A stretch of 39,112 nucleotides of DNA from an uncultured Bacilli bacterium (lineage in GTDB: Bacteria; Bacillota_I; Bacilli_A; RF39; UBA660), in NCBI GenBank assembly GCA_944358495.1, contig CALVRF010000001.1, positions 1-39,112 of the forward strand. The letters are read 5' to 3'. The notes below the pieces were generated by a model that was not told the DNA's origin, did not search any database, and worked only from the letters and a program-made list of their open reading frames with translations. Below, one piece after another: positions 1 through 10,316 of the stretch (the stretch's first letter is position 1; each line of letters begins with the position of its first letter). A program made the position numbers and the translations under genes.

Positions 1-231
1 AAAAGGCGTGAACCATGGTTTAGTGTGTTCTCTCCTTTTTAATTTAAAAATGATAATTTAATAGAGGAAATCAATCTGGCTATTAATTAGAAGGTGGGAA
101 GATAAAAGTAGATGTAAGCATTGAAGATGTTGTTAGTATAGCCGGTCATATGTTATACTGTTAACGTGATATTTTATCTAAAGTTATGTTAGTCTAACCG
201 ATTTAGTTATCTTTTTAGAAAGGAAGATAAA

Positions 232-612
232 ATGAGTAATATAGAGATGTTAACTATGATAAACAATTTCCCGATTGGGGACCTTCCTAAGGAGAGGATA
301 GAATTATTAAGTAAGGCCGAGATAATCGCTTTTTTATCGAGATTTCAAGAGCAGTTTGAAATGATAGAAAATATTGATGAAAGAGAAGCGACAGTCAAAA
401 CATTTTTGGGAGAAGTATTAGCGTTAAATGAGAATGAACGCTTCCCTAGCTTGAGGCAAGCTGAAAGTATCTTAAATTTAGTTCCTGGCTTTGTACGTGA
501 TTTTGGGAAAGTACAATATATCAAAGAAACTAATCCTAGTTTTAATAGAACGTATGATATGGTTGCTGATGGTATTGGATTAATAAAAGAAACTCCAAGT
601 AAATCACGATAA
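232..612 (+). CDS. hypothetical protein (126 aa)
   Basis: Intact ORF with a purine-rich RBS-like run (aaaggaag) a few nt upstream of the ATG. No motif recognised. Confidence 0.45.
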   Translation: MSNIEMLTMINNFPIGDLPKERIELLSKAEIIAFLSRFQEQFEMIENIDEREATVKTFLGEVLALNENERFPSLRQAESILNLVPGFVRDFGKVQYIKETNPSFNRTYDMVADGIGLIKETPSKSR

Positions 613-647
613 TTGATATATATGATTTGTTTAAAGGAGAAAAGTAT

Positions 648-947
648 ATGGATTTAAAACAAATGCAAAAGGAAATATGGAAAAATAAACTTGAAAAAGG
701 ATTTAATACGACAAACGTAGAAAAAGAGTTTTGTCTTTTATATGGAGAAGTTGCAGAGGCTTTTGAGGCCTATAGAAAGAAAAAAGATGATTTGAATGAA
801 GAGTTAGCCGATGTTGCCATTTATTTAATGAGCCTGTCGGAAATGCTAGGATATGATTTGGCCGATGAAATACAGAAAAAAATATCAAAAAACGCTAAAC
901 GAGTTTATAAAAAGGTGGATGGCGTTTATATTAGAGTAAGTGATTAA
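648..947 (+). CDS. MazG-like nucleoside triphosphate pyrophosphohydrolase
   Basis: Motifs LYGEVAEAFEA ... EELADVAIYL ... KNAKR match the MazG-like EExxE/ExxD helix pattern. ATG at 648 follows the RBS AAAGGAG. The ORF-track start at 627 is probably too early. Confidence 0.7.
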   Translation: MDLKQMQKEIWKNKLEKGFNTTNVEKEFCLLYGEVAEAFEAYRKKKDDLNEELADVAIYLMSLSEMLGYDLADEIQKKISKNAKRVYKKVDGVYIRVSD

Positions 948-1036
948 GTTATGATTTAATAGACGTTATTACCAATTAAAAGGAAAAAAAGAACAATAGG
1001 GTATTTATATTATTATTGTTCTTTTGTTTTATAAAA

Positions 1037-1783
1037 TTATTCTTTTTGGTGGCTATCACCATTGCTGTAATCGATTTCAATTCCGTCTTGAACGTTGTAG
1101 ACAAAAATATTAAAACTTACTCCTTGGCCTTTATCTTCAACAGACATTGCTTCCATTTGAACGCCGGTAGCTAAAAGATTGTCCTCTTCAAAAACAGGAG
1201 TAACACGGTATAAAACATGATTACCAGTATTTTCAACATATTCAGCAATTTGATTTTCAAAGTCTAACATGCCCTCAGTATTCATTTGTCTAGTGCAGGT
1301 GATGAGATTTTTTTCATTAGCATTTTCACCACTTAATTGATAACCAATAAGGTGGCAACGATTATATAGATATTTTCCATTAATGTTATCATATTTTATG
1401 GTGTGCCAGCCAGTTGGTTTAATCATACCAATGCTACCCCTTTCTTCTGTTGGCATAGTGTCTTGGCTGATATTGGCGTAAGCAACTCCGCATCTGCCTA
1501 ATGAATCAAGTTCACTATAGTTTTCAAAGGTTTCTGTGGTGTAATCTTGTTCAGTAAATTCTGGCTTGTTATCATTAATTACAACATAGTTTTGGCCAGC
1601 GTAGGCAGGAATAGCGTCCATGTCATAGCTTTGCGTGGTATTAGATTGGACATTTGTCTTGTCACTTTGATTGTTATCTTGGAATAAATTTACTATTTCA
1701 TCTTGATTATAAACACCTAAAGCGACTAATAGTGCAATGATGAGGCCGAGGATACTTTTGAGTATTATTTTGGATTTTCGCAT
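1037..1783 (-). CDS. membrane-anchored DNA/RNA non-specific endonuclease (EndA/NucA-like DNA-entry nuclease family)
   Basis: N-terminal TM helix. Motif RCHLIGYQLSGENANEKNLITCTRQMN is typical of the streptococcal EndA-type nuclease family. Confidence 0.8.
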   Translation of the reverse strand: MRKSKIILKSILGLIIALLVALGVYNQDEIVNLFQDNNQSDKTNVQSNTTQSYDMDAIPAYAGQNYVVINDNKPEFTEQDYTTETFENYSELDSLGRCGVAYANISQDTMPTEERGSIGMIKPTGWHTIKYDNINGKYLYNRCHLIGYQLSGENANEKNLITCTRQMNTEGMLDFENQIAEYVENTGNHVLYRVTPVFEEDNLLATGVQMEAMSVEDKGQGVSFNIFVYNVQDGIEIDYSNGDSHQKE

Positions 1784-1967
1784 ATTATCACCTTACTTTA
1801 TATATATATTTTAACATCTATTTGACAAAAATAATAGTTTTTTTATTTATGGTTTTTCATTAGTGTTAAGGACTTGTTAAGATTGATTATTTTTAGTAAT
1901 TAGTATATAATATAATAAAGTTTTAGCAATTTTATTTACTTGATGTTTTAGAAGGTTGGTGATATTT

Positions 1968-2483
1968 ATGGGAAAGAAAAATGATGTTTATCAAAAAGTC
2001 TGTGATTTTGCTGATAGACATCCATTAACGATTGCTTGGCGTTTAAAGGCTCATTCTAGGGTGGCTGAAGAACATATTAATGACGATGAAGAGGTATTAT
2101 ATGCATTTGCCGCTCAAAAAGGTGCTAGTTCGTTTGATATTATTAGTACGTTTGTAGTGGTAGTGACAAATAAGCGAATCATTTTAGCACAAAAGCGTTT
2201 GATTTTTGGTTATTTTTATTATAGTATTACTCCGGATTTATTTAATGATTTAACAGTAAAAATGGGGCTTATTTGGGGAAGGGTTATCATCGATACTGTT
2301 AAAGAGACTGTTGTGCTTTCTAATTTATCTAAAGATTCATTGCAAGAAATTGAAACTGTTATTTCGAAATATATGTTTCAGAAAAAGCGCGAATATGAAA
2401 CTGAGCTTACTGATGAAGAACGAGCTGAACTTAATTCAGAACTCAAGGATATGGCTGTACATGGTGAGAGGGACATAGAATAG
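1968..2483 (+). CDS. bacterial PH-domain (YokE-like) protein
   Basis: The EEVLYAF...VVVVTNKRIIL segment resembles bacterial pleckstrin-homology domains. ATG at 1968 lies 6 nt after GGTGA. Confidence 0.5.
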   Translation: MGKKNDVYQKVCDFADRHPLTIAWRLKAHSRVAEEHINDDEEVLYAFAAQKGASSFDIISTFVVVVTNKRIILAQKRLIFGYFYYSITPDLFNDLTVKMGLIWGRVIIDTVKETVVLSNLSKDSLQEIETVISKYMFQKKREYETELTDEERAELNSELKDMAVHGERDIE

Positions 2484-2547
2484 TTTCTCTTTTTTCTTGA
2501 AAAAGAAATATTTATTATATATAATTGTGTTATAGGAGGTTAGCTTT

Positions 2548-3810
2548 ATGAAGTTTTTGCTTAAAACCTTAGGAATTTTATTGGCTATATTTATTTTATT
2601 AAAGTTATTGTTTTATATATTTGATAGCGGTCATGAAGTTAGTTATTCAGTAGGGAATTTTGAAGTTGACGAAGTTTTAAAAACAAAATCATTATATGGT
2701 GAGGATGATTATTATTTTGAAGTTAGTCATGAGGATTTTAATTTTAATTTTCAAGTTCCGGTTAGTTATAATAAAGATGATAAGGTAATTAGTAAGCTTA
2801 GATATGAAAAACAAGATGACATGGTTTGCATTTTGCCCATTTTTAAAGGAAATAAAATTTTAACTGATGTTATGTGCTTTAGTGATAGCGACAATGAAAA
2901 TGTTATGACATATTATCAAGATTTAGATGATAACACGCAGAGTAAATTTGCTGATTTTATTAATTCTTTAAAAAAATTTGGGTATGATGTTAATAATTAT
3001 GAGGATAGGGCTAAGGGCAGAAATTTATCGAACAATTTGACTTTGTATGATGATAATTTTGTTGATAATCATTATATTGCTATGGAAAATTATAAAGGTC
3101 TTACTTTATTTAATGATGAGGAAGAAAATGTGGAATTATTTGACAATGATGTATATAAAAGACCAGTCAAACTGTTTTATGATAAATATTATATTGTGGC
3201 TAATTATAACGAAGAATATGGATTTAAGATATTTTATGTAGTTAATATTATTAATGGTAATGTTCAAGAAATTCGTAGTTATGATGATATTTCTTTTGAG
3301 ACAATTATGCAAGGCGCTGTTGATGATGAAATTTATTTCTTTGATAAGGAGACTGAATTACAATATAAAATTAGCCTGAAATATGAAAATGTTGAAGAAG
3401 TAGCGGACAAGGATAAATTGCAATATTACAATGGAAAATGGAATAGTATGGCATTAAGTGATGCTTTGGAAGGAAAAACATTTGATAACTATTATACTAA
3501 GGCACCAAATGGTTATGAAAAGGCTGATTGCATTGGAGAGGATACTGGATATTGTTATTATTATAAAAAACAAATGGTTGATGATAAAGAACAGTATTTA
3601 GTATATCGTGCGGATGTACAAAACACAAAGATAAAAACATATTTGTTTACCACTACTGATATGCGTAGTGTGATATATTTAGATAATTTTGTGTATTTTG
3701 TTAATGGCAATTCTTTATATTATTATGGTGAAAATGGTGTTCGCCAAGTAATCGCCAATTCAGAACGTGAATTTAATGATGATATTCATTTTGGGGTTTA
3801 TATCAATTAA
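2548..3810 (+). CDS. hypothetical N-terminally membrane-anchored protein (420 aa)
   Basis: Long intact ORF with RBS AGGAGG upstream and a single N-terminal hydrophobic helix. No catalytic motif recognised. Confidence 0.55.
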   Translation: MKFLLKTLGILLAIFILLKLLFYIFDSGHEVSYSVGNFEVDEVLKTKSLYGEDDYYFEVSHEDFNFNFQVPVSYNKDDKVISKLRYEKQDDMVCILPIFKGNKILTDVMCFSDSDNENVMTYYQDLDDNTQSKFADFINSLKKFGYDVNNYEDRAKGRNLSNNLTLYDDNFVDNHYIAMENYKGLTLFNDEEENVELFDNDVYKRPVKLFYDKYYIVANYNEEYGFKIFYVVNIINGNVQEIRSYDDISFETIMQGAVDDEIYFFDKETELQYKISLKYENVEEVADKDKLQYYNGKWNSMALSDALEGKTFDNYYTKAPNGYEKADCIGEDTGYCYYYKKQMVDDKEQYLVYRADVQNTKIKTYLFTTTDMRSVIYLDNFVYFVNGNSLYYYGENGVRQVIANSEREFNDDIHFGVYIN

Positions 3811-3865
3811 TGATTACCTGGGGATTGATTAATAAAGCTAGAGAAGAAAGTGGTGATGAACAAAC

Positions 3866-5149
3866 ATGAGAAGGATATTTAAACGTGATAATAATGAAAA
3901 GTTGGGCCTAGTGTTATCTGGAGGTGGTTCCAAAGGTGCTTATGAAATAGGGGCTTATTTGGCGTTACGTCATCTTGGTAAAAGACCAGACGTAGTTACT
4001 GGAACATCGATTGGTGCTATTAATGGATTATTAATTGTTCAAAATGATTGGCGTAAGGCTATTAGGCTGTGGAAGAAAATATCTTTTTCTTTAATATATG
4101 ATGAAAATTCCTTTCCGATTTGTGACAATCCCGAGCTTAAGGATATTTATAAACTGTATATAAAATCATTTATTAATGATGGTGGTTTGGACATAGAAAA
4201 ACTAAAATTGTTATTAAATGACGTTTATAATCCTCGCAAGTTTTTTTCATCGCCGGTAGATTATGGTTTGGTTACTTATAATTTATCGAAGAGGAAACCT
4301 GTATTTAAAACTAAAAACAATCTAAAATCTAATTTGGTTAAAGATTATGTATTAGCTTCAGCTTCTTGTTATCCGGCTTTTAAACCTTATCGAATTGGTC
4401 ATGATTTATTTATTGATGGTGGGTATTATGATAATATGCCAGTTAATTTGGCGATTGATTTAGGGGCTACAGAGGTTATTGCGGTTGATTTAAGAGCAGT
4501 AGGTTTTAAGCAACCTAATAAGTTAAATGTTCCAATAACTGTTATTACGCCGAGAAATAAAATTGTTCCGTTTTTAGTTTTTGATAAGAGTAGGTCTCGT
4601 GAAGCTATAAGATTTGGTTATAATGATACGATGAAGACTTTTGGAAAGCTAGAGGGAAATGTTTTTACTTTTAGAAAGCGTAGCTTGGTTAATAATTATA
4701 AACGGTATGGCGTTATTTTTGAGGACACTGTTCATAAGATAGTTAAGAGATTTGACAAGGGGATTATTGGAAAAATTTTGTCCACTTCTTTATTTAAAAC
4801 ATTTTTAGCAGATAAATTGACTTATGAAAACTTTAATAAGCTTATTGAGAAAGCTGGTCAATCTTTTGGATTACCAGAGGATAATATTTATAATATAAGG
4901 ACGTTTAATAAAGCTTTGTTAAATGAGCTTTCAAAAGCTAGGGGTAATGAATTAAACGATGTTTTAACTAGAGTAAAAGAAAGAAATGTGCGGAATTTTA
5001 TTAATGTGCAAGGAATAATTAAGTTATTTTTTGAAGCGATTAGTAAGAATGATTTTGAAGGGGTTAAAAGATTGATACCTTTGTTTGCTGATGAGTTTTT
5101 GATAGCTATTTATTTATATGTAGTTAGGCAGCGAGTATCTTTTTATTGA
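3866..5149 (+). CDS. patatin-like phospholipase
   Basis: GGGSKG oxyanion motif, GTSIGA (GxSxG) nucleophile elbow and a DGG catalytic Asp motif (FIDGGYYDN). Confidence 0.85.
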   Translation: MRRIFKRDNNEKLGLVLSGGGSKGAYEIGAYLALRHLGKRPDVVTGTSIGAINGLLIVQNDWRKAIRLWKKISFSLIYDENSFPICDNPELKDIYKLYIKSFINDGGLDIEKLKLLLNDVYNPRKFFSSPVDYGLVTYNLSKRKPVFKTKNNLKSNLVKDYVLASASCYPAFKPYRIGHDLFIDGGYYDNMPVNLAIDLGATEVIAVDLRAVGFKQPNKLNVPITVITPRNKIVPFLVFDKSRSREAIRFGYNDTMKTFGKLEGNVFTFRKRSLVNNYKRYGVIFEDTVHKIVKRFDKGIIGKILSTSLFKTFLADKLTYENFNKLIEKAGQSFGLPEDNIYNIRTFNKALLNELSKARGNELNDVLTRVKERNVRNFINVQGIIKLFFEAISKNDFEGVKRLIPLFADEFLIAIYLYVVRQRVSFY

Positions 5150-5160
5150 AGGCGGATTCG

Positions 5161-5189
5161 TTGCGGTCTTTCAGCATTTGTGTTATAAT
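5161..5189 (+). promoter_or_regulatory. sigma-A type promoter of trpS
   Basis: TTGCGG (5161-5166), 17-nt spacer, extended -10 TGtTATAAT (5181-5189). The leader to the start codon is only about 30 nt. Confidence 0.55.
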
Positions 5190-5221
5190 TGGTTTATTAT
5201 TGGATGATTGAGGTGATTATT

Positions 5222-6232
5222 GTGCCTAAAATAGTGTTGACAGGACTTAGACCAACAGGTAAATTACATTTAGGCCATTATTTTGGAGCGGCACAGACGT
5301 GGCTTAAAATTCAAAATGATTATGATTTTTATATGGAGATTGCTGATATTCAAGCACTCACGGACAATTTTAACAATCCAGATAAGGTGCGTGTGAATGT
5401 TCGCGAGGTGACGATTGATTTATTATCCATTGGAATTAATCCAGATAAGGTGCATTTATATATTCAGTCGATGATTCCAGAAATCGCAGAACTTACGGTT
5501 TTATATTCTAATTTGGTGACAATGGCTAGGCTTTATCGTAATCCGACAGTTAAAACGGAAATTGCGCAAAAAAAAGCTTTATTTGGTAATAGTGGTGAAA
5601 GCGTAACTTATGGCTTTGTAGGATATCCAGTTAGTCAGGCTGCGGATATTACAGCTTTTGATGGAGAGTTGGTCCCAGTAGGGGAGGACCAATTACCACT
5701 TATCGAGCAGTGCCGGGAGATTGTGCGTAAATTTAATTCAATTTATGGGGAAACTTTAGTAGAACCAGAACCATTACTTTCTTCAACACCACGAATTAAA
5801 GGGCTTGATGGTAATGATAAAATGGGCAAAAGTTTGGGTAATGCTATATTTTTGGCAGATAATGAAGCAACAATTGCTAAAAAGGTAATGGGAGCAATTA
5901 CGGACCCACAAAAAATAAAAAAAGATGATCCTGCCAATCCAGATATTTGTATGGTTTATTATTACCATAAACTTATTGATAGTAAGAATTTAGATGATAT
6001 TTGTGTGGAATGCAAAAAAGGTGAGCGAGGATGTGTGGCTTGTAAAAAAGAACTTATTCATAATATGATGGAGTTTTTGAAGCCGATTCACGAGAAACGT
6101 ACTTATTATGAAATGCATCCGGAAGTTGTTGATGAAGTTTTGTTAAATGGAACGGAAGAAGCACGTAAGAAGGCCCAAGAAGTAATGTCCAAAGTGCGTA
6201 AAAATGTAAAAATTGATTATTTTGATGATTAA
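5222..6232 (+). CDS. trpS: tryptophan--tRNA ligase with a C-terminal Cys cluster
   Basis: Class I signatures: TGKLHLGHY (HIGH) and KMGKSLGN (KMSKS). GTG at 5222 lies 6 nt after GAGGTGA. The ORF-track start at 5189 sits inside the promoter. Confidence 0.9.
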   Translation: MPKIVLTGLRPTGKLHLGHYFGAAQTWLKIQNDYDFYMEIADIQALTDNFNNPDKVRVNVREVTIDLLSIGINPDKVHLYIQSMIPEIAELTVLYSNLVTMARLYRNPTVKTEIAQKKALFGNSGESVTYGFVGYPVSQAADITAFDGELVPVGEDQLPLIEQCREIVRKFNSIYGETLVEPEPLLSSTPRIKGLDGNDKMGKSLGNAIFLADNEATIAKKVMGAITDPQKIKKDDPANPDICMVYYYHKLIDSKNLDDICVECKKGERGCVACKKELIHNMMEFLKPIHEKRTYYEMHPEVVDEVLLNGTEEARKKAQEVMSKVRKNVKIDYFDD

Positions 6233-6299
6233 TTGATTCTTGGATGGTGATTGATGAATTAATTAATCATTTTTTTATATTTAAGTTATATATTTTAAT

Positions 6300-7190
6300 A
6301 TGATGAAGAATATATTTAAAGGGTTTATTATTGGTATTGGAAAAATCATACCTGGAGTAAGTGGCAGTATGTTGGCAATTTTATTAGGGGTATATGAAAG
6401 AGCTTTGGCTATTATTGCTAATATTCGCTGGATTAAACGGGCAGATTTATTGTTTGTTTTTTCATTAGTGATTGGTATTTTTATTGGAATTAGTGTATTT
6501 AGTCGAGGTGTCAAATGGTTTTTAGATGTTTTTTATTTACCAACTATGTTACTTTTTATTGGTTTAATTATTAGCGGTGTTCGCCAATTTGTTAATGAAC
6601 TGTCAGTTAATGAAAAAACGTTTAACTTGAAACAAAAAGTAAAACATGTGTTAATCTTAATACTTGCTTTTGCTTTTTCATATTGGATTACTAAACTTGG
6701 TGCTGGATGGTTATCATTGGGGAAAAACTTTGATATTGAAACTGGCAGTTTTAGTGATTTTGGATTATTTTATTGTTTAGGGTTAATTGAGGCTTTTTCA
6801 TCGATTGTACCAGGAATTAGCGGTACAGCTATTTTTATGTCTTTGGGCTGTTATGATTTATTGCTTTCTTTTTTTGTTAATATATTTAATATTAGTTATT
6901 GGCGTTTTGGTTTAGCTTTTTTGTTAGGGGTATTAACCGGTGTTTATGCATTGGCAAAAATTATTACCTTTTTGCTTAAACGTTATAAAGTTATTACTTA
7001 TATGGTTATTTTGGGTTTTATGTTATCAGCAATATGGTTAATGATGGTGATAGCTTTTGATACGACTTTGTTTTTTAAAGATGCTTCATCTATATTAGAT
7101 ATTGGTTTTGGAATTTTTTCTAGCTTGTTTTGGATACTTATTGGTAATTTTATTGGTAAAAAAATAAATGTTTTATTATCAAATGATTAA
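6300..7190 (+). CDS. DUF368 family polytopic membrane protein (family recently linked to undecaprenyl-phosphate translocation)
   Basis: Duplicated motif IPGVSGSMLAILLGVYE / VPGISGTAIFMSLGCYD, typical of DUF368. Multiple TM helices. Confidence 0.75.
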   Translation: MMKNIFKGFIIGIGKIIPGVSGSMLAILLGVYERALAIIANIRWIKRADLLFVFSLVIGIFIGISVFSRGVKWFLDVFYLPTMLLFIGLIISGVRQFVNELSVNEKTFNLKQKVKHVLILILAFAFSYWITKLGAGWLSLGKNFDIETGSFSDFGLFYCLGLIEAFSSIVPGISGTAIFMSLGCYDLLLSFFVNIFNISYWRFGLAFLLGVLTGVYALAKIITFLLKRYKVITYMVILGFMLSAIWLMMVIAFDTTLFFKDASSILDIGFGIFSSLFWILIGNFIGKKINVLLSND

Positions 7191-7226
7191 ATTATTTGCA
7201 TACAATTTAGTGGAGAGGTGATAATA

Positions 7227-7583
7227 GTGGAAAAAAAATTACCTAGTGTGTTTGCTAATAAAGTTGAGACGAATGCCGGCAATAATAAAAGTATTTTTTA
7301 TTCAGCTGATGAACGAATGACTTCGTCTTTGCCAAACGAAAATGATCAAGAAAGAATGCCCACTGGGAGAATGGTTACGACTGGAGAAATAACTAAAAAT
7401 ATTAATCAAAAAATTAATGAGATATTTAAATCATCTAATTATATTTATAAAGCGGATGTAGAACTTACGTTAAGAAGTGGGAAGATTACTAAACGTATTA
7501 TTGGGAAAAATGCTAGTAATTTAATTACTATGGATAATGAGCTTATTCCAATTTCGGAAATTATTGATATTAAGCGTAAGTAG
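7227..7583 (+). CDS. hypothetical protein
   Basis: ORF with RBS GGAGAGG. GTG at 7227 has better spacing than the ORF-track GTG at 7218. No motif recognised. Confidence 0.45.
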   Translation: MEKKLPSVFANKVETNAGNNKSIFYSADERMTSSLPNENDQERMPTGRMVTTGEITKNINQKINEIFKSSNYIYKADVELTLRSGKITKRIIGKNASNLITMDNELIPISEIIDIKRK

Positions 7584-7660
7584 TTTTTGAGTATAGTAAT
7601 AATAATTGTTGGTAATGTGAAAAAATTCCAGCAAAAAAGACTTTCGTATGAAAGCCTTTT

Positions 7661-8104
7661 TTAGACTGCTTCTACAAATGTATCTTGTAAGCATCTTATA
7701 GCGCAAACGCAGTTTAAGTTCATAGTAAAGAAACTGTTAGTTGCAACATAAGGTATTGTGTCAACTGTTGTTGGATCGGTATTGGCTGCTAATACTCGGA
7801 ATGTTGCACAACAACCATCTACTTTTTCAACTCTAAATACGCTTGAACATGTAACACCCACAGTTGTGCAGTCAACGTTTTCTTTAGTAGTTGGCATTGA
7901 CCATGGTGTGCCATTGCCTGCGCAGGTATATAGCATAATTGGTCTAGTGTTACATCCTACGGTTGATACCGCACATCCTAGGAAACCACGGTCGCAAGTA
8001 TCTAAACATGCATCGGCGCATTCAGCATTATCTTGTAAGATGTTGATAACAGTTAAAATTTCAGCAATACATCTGCATTCGTTTGAATTGTTGTTATTAC
8101 ACAT
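7661..8104 (-). CDS. CotY/CotZ family Cys-rich spore coat/crust protein
   Basis: Cys-rich. FRVEKVDGCCATFRVL and the C-terminal NLNCVCAIRCL resemble B. subtilis CotZ (FFRVERVHGSCATL ... DLDCFCAINCL). ATG at 8104 lies 5 nt after GAAGGGGTGG. Confidence 0.75.
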   Translation of the reverse strand: MCNNNNSNECRCIAEILTVINILQDNAECADACLDTCDRGFLGCAVSTVGCNTRPIMLYTCAGNGTPWSMPTTKENVDCTTVGVTCSSVFRVEKVDGCCATFRVLAANTDPTTVDTIPYVATNSFFTMNLNCVCAIRCLQDTFVEAV

Positions 8105-8357
8105 ATAATCCACCCCTTCATTAGTCTCAATATAACATATTCAAATTGTGCGAAAGGGTGTAAATGAATGTCCCAATTATGCTTTTAATTTGGCTTTTTA
8201 GTATTTTCTATTAGAAAACATCATAAAATTAGATGAGCAAGTATAGATGTTTTTTGAAAAACGTGATGAGCTTGAGTTACTTAAAGTTTGTAATAATTTG
8301 GCAATTGGTAGTTATGGAATAGTAGTGGAGAGCTAGTGTTTTAGATTTTGTAAAACT

Positions 8358-9290
8358 ATGAGGATGGTGAATATTGTGAAGAACGCTATTAATTATTTTT
8401 ATAATATTGCCATTGATGATATTCATCAAAATAGTAAAATGTTTTACTTTGATTATGCAGGTTTTCGTTATGCTTTATTAAGTTATGATAAGGATCCGGA
8501 GTTAGTTAATAATATTTACAATTTACACTTGGAAATTTTAAAGCAAGGGCTTTATATCCATCAAATTATTTTGAACAAAGATGGGCAGATAATTACCTTT
8601 ATTAATGGGCTTCCTTATATATTAATGCGTTTGATTAATTATGGTGAGAAGATTACTTTTAGGGATGTTTTATCTTTTGTTGGAGTGTCAAGCGGTAGGG
8701 GGATAGATACTAATTTAAAACGAGTACATTGGGGGGGATTATGGTCAGATAAGATTGATTACTTGGAATATGAAATAACTCAGCTGGGGCAAAAACATTC
8801 GGCAATTAGAAACTCTTTTAGCTATTTTGTAGGATTAGGCGAGACGAGCATTCAGTTGTTTAATATGTTTTTTGGTAGTGAGGGCCGGAAAATTATAGCT
8901 CAGGAAAGTGTGGGACATGATCGAATTAAAGTTGATGACGATACTTTTGAATTATATAATCCTTTGAATTTAGTGGTAGATTATCGTGTGCGTGATATTG
9001 CTGAGTATATTAAAAATAAGTTTTTTTCAGGTTATGATGTATGGGAGGATATCAATTATTTTTTATATAGCGGAGGTTTTACTGCTGATGAACATTTATT
9101 GTTTTTTATTAGATTGTTATATCCAACGTATTATTTTGATATTTATGAGAATATTATAAGTGGTGATTTGGACGAAAATGAATTACAAAAAATCATCGAC
9201 AAAGTTGATGATTTTCAAAATATATTAAGAAATGTTTATTTATATTATAGACGTTTTTTGCAGCTACCAACAATTGAATGGCTTGAGTAA
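8358..9290 (+). CDS. CotS/YutH-like spore coat protein (kinase-fold family)
   Basis: Size and layout resemble YutH/CotS-family proteins. It sits next to a NifU-like (YutI-like) gene, as yutH does in Bacillus. An alternative GTG start is at 8376. Confidence 0.5.
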   Translation: MRMVNIVKNAINYFYNIAIDDIHQNSKMFYFDYAGFRYALLSYDKDPELVNNIYNLHLEILKQGLYIHQIILNKDGQIITFINGLPYILMRLINYGEKITFRDVLSFVGVSSGRGIDTNLKRVHWGGLWSDKIDYLEYEITQLGQKHSAIRNSFSYFVGLGETSIQLFNMFFGSEGRKIIAQESVGHDRIKVDDDTFELYNPLNLVVDYRVRDIAEYIKNKFFSGYDVWEDINYFLYSGGFTADEHLLFFIRLLYPTYYFDIYENIISGDLDENELQKIIDKVDDFQNILRNVYLYYRRFLQLPTIEWLE

Positions 9291-9302
9291 CAGGTAAAAC
9301 GG

Positions 9303-9563
9303 TTATAAATATTGATTATTTTGAATTTCGGTGATGTTAATAACTTCTTTTACACTTGGTATTTCTTCTTTTATAGCACCTTCAATTCCCTCTTTTAGAG
9401 TGAAATCAATAAGTTCGCAACCGGCACAAGCACCCAACATTTTTATATAAACAATATTATTTTCATATTTTATGAATTCAATATTGCCACCATCAGATAT
9501 TAAAAAGGGTCTTAACTTATCGATAATTTCTTTTATTTTTTGTTCTTCTTTTATTTTTTTCAT
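9303..9563 (-). CDS. NifU C-terminal-domain Fe-S cluster carrier (YutI/Nfu-like)
   Basis: LRPFLISDGGNIEF ... GACAGC (CxxC) is the conserved Nfu/NifU C-terminal domain signature. Confidence 0.85.
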   Translation of the reverse strand: MKKIKEEQKIKEIIDKLRPFLISDGGNIEFIKYENNIVYIKMLGACAGCELIDFTLKEGIEGAIKEEIPSVKEVINITEIQNNQYL

Positions 9564-9734
9564 GGTATCATTTCCTTCTCTATTTTTGTGTAATTTATTT
9601 TGCTAAATAATTTGAAATCAAACTATATTATTTTTGTTAGTAATATTTATATTATACTATAATTTGGGTTAATGTAAAGTAATTTTTTGTTTTATAATTA
9701 GGTGTGGTATAATAATATTAGGAGTTGGTTTGAT

Positions 9735-10112
9735 ATGCCAAAATATGAAAAAGGGAAAGTTGTACGTGGAACAGTAACATGCATCGAACCTTATGGAGCT
9801 TTTATGTCGTTTGATGAATTTTATACTGGTCTTATTCATATTTCTGAAATTTCTAATGGCTTTGTCAAAAATATAAGTGATTTTATCAATGTTGGGGATC
9901 ATATATATGTAGAAATTTTAGAGGTGGATGAGGAAGAAGCTCATCTAAGACTTAGTATTAAAAATATTCAATACCGGATTAATGGTAAGCCTAGAAAAAG
10001 GAAGATTCAGGAGACTCCAAAAGGTTTTGAAACTTTAGAAAAAAATTTACCAATGTGGATTAATTGCAAATTAAAAACTATTAAAAAAGCGCGAAACTTT
10101 GTTGACAAATAG
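9735..10112 (+). CDS. S1 domain RNA-binding protein (YugI/GSP13-like)
   Basis: GKVVRGTVTCIEPYGAFMSF...GLIHISEIS...VGDHIYVEILEVD is a canonical S1 OB-fold. ATG at 9735 is preceded by AGGAG. Confidence 0.8.
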   Translation: MPKYEKGKVVRGTVTCIEPYGAFMSFDEFYTGLIHISEISNGFVKNISDFINVGDHIYVEILEVDEEEAHLRLSIKNIQYRINGKPRKRKIQETPKGFETLEKNLPMWINCKLKTIKKARNFVDK

Positions 10113-10130
10113 AATTATATATGTTATAGT
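10102..10130 (+). promoter_or_regulatory. sigma-A promoter for tRNA cluster 1
   Basis: TTGACA (10102-10107), 17-nt spacer, TATAGT (10125-10130), 20 nt upstream of tRNA-Val. Confidence 0.7.
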
Positions 10131-10149
10131 TAATTACGTCCACATGAAT

Positions 10150-10226
10150 GGGCGATTAGCTCAGTTGGTTAGAGCATCTGCCTTACAAGCAGAGGGTCAT
10201 AGGTTCGAGTCCTATATCGCCCACCA
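10150..10226 (+). tRNA. tRNA-Val: tRNA-Val (anticodon TAC)
   Basis: Cloverleaf read by eye: GGGCGAT acceptor stem, anticodon loop CTTACAA, T-arm GGTTCGAGTCC, encoded CCA. Confidence 0.93.
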
Positions 10227-10234
10227 TTTTTTTT

Positions 10235-10310
<76 letters not shown>

Positions 10311-10316
10311 TTATTT

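Noticed and set aside
5150-5221. T-box riboswitch upstream of trpS
   Set aside because: The intergenic region is about 70 nt. It contains a promoter about 30 nt from the start codon, which is too short for a T-box leader, and no T-box sequence is visible.
7758-8108. 116-aa ORF antisense to the CotY/CotZ-like gene
   Set aside because: It is entirely embedded opposite a gene with a clear family signature. It has no RBS and a low-complexity translation.
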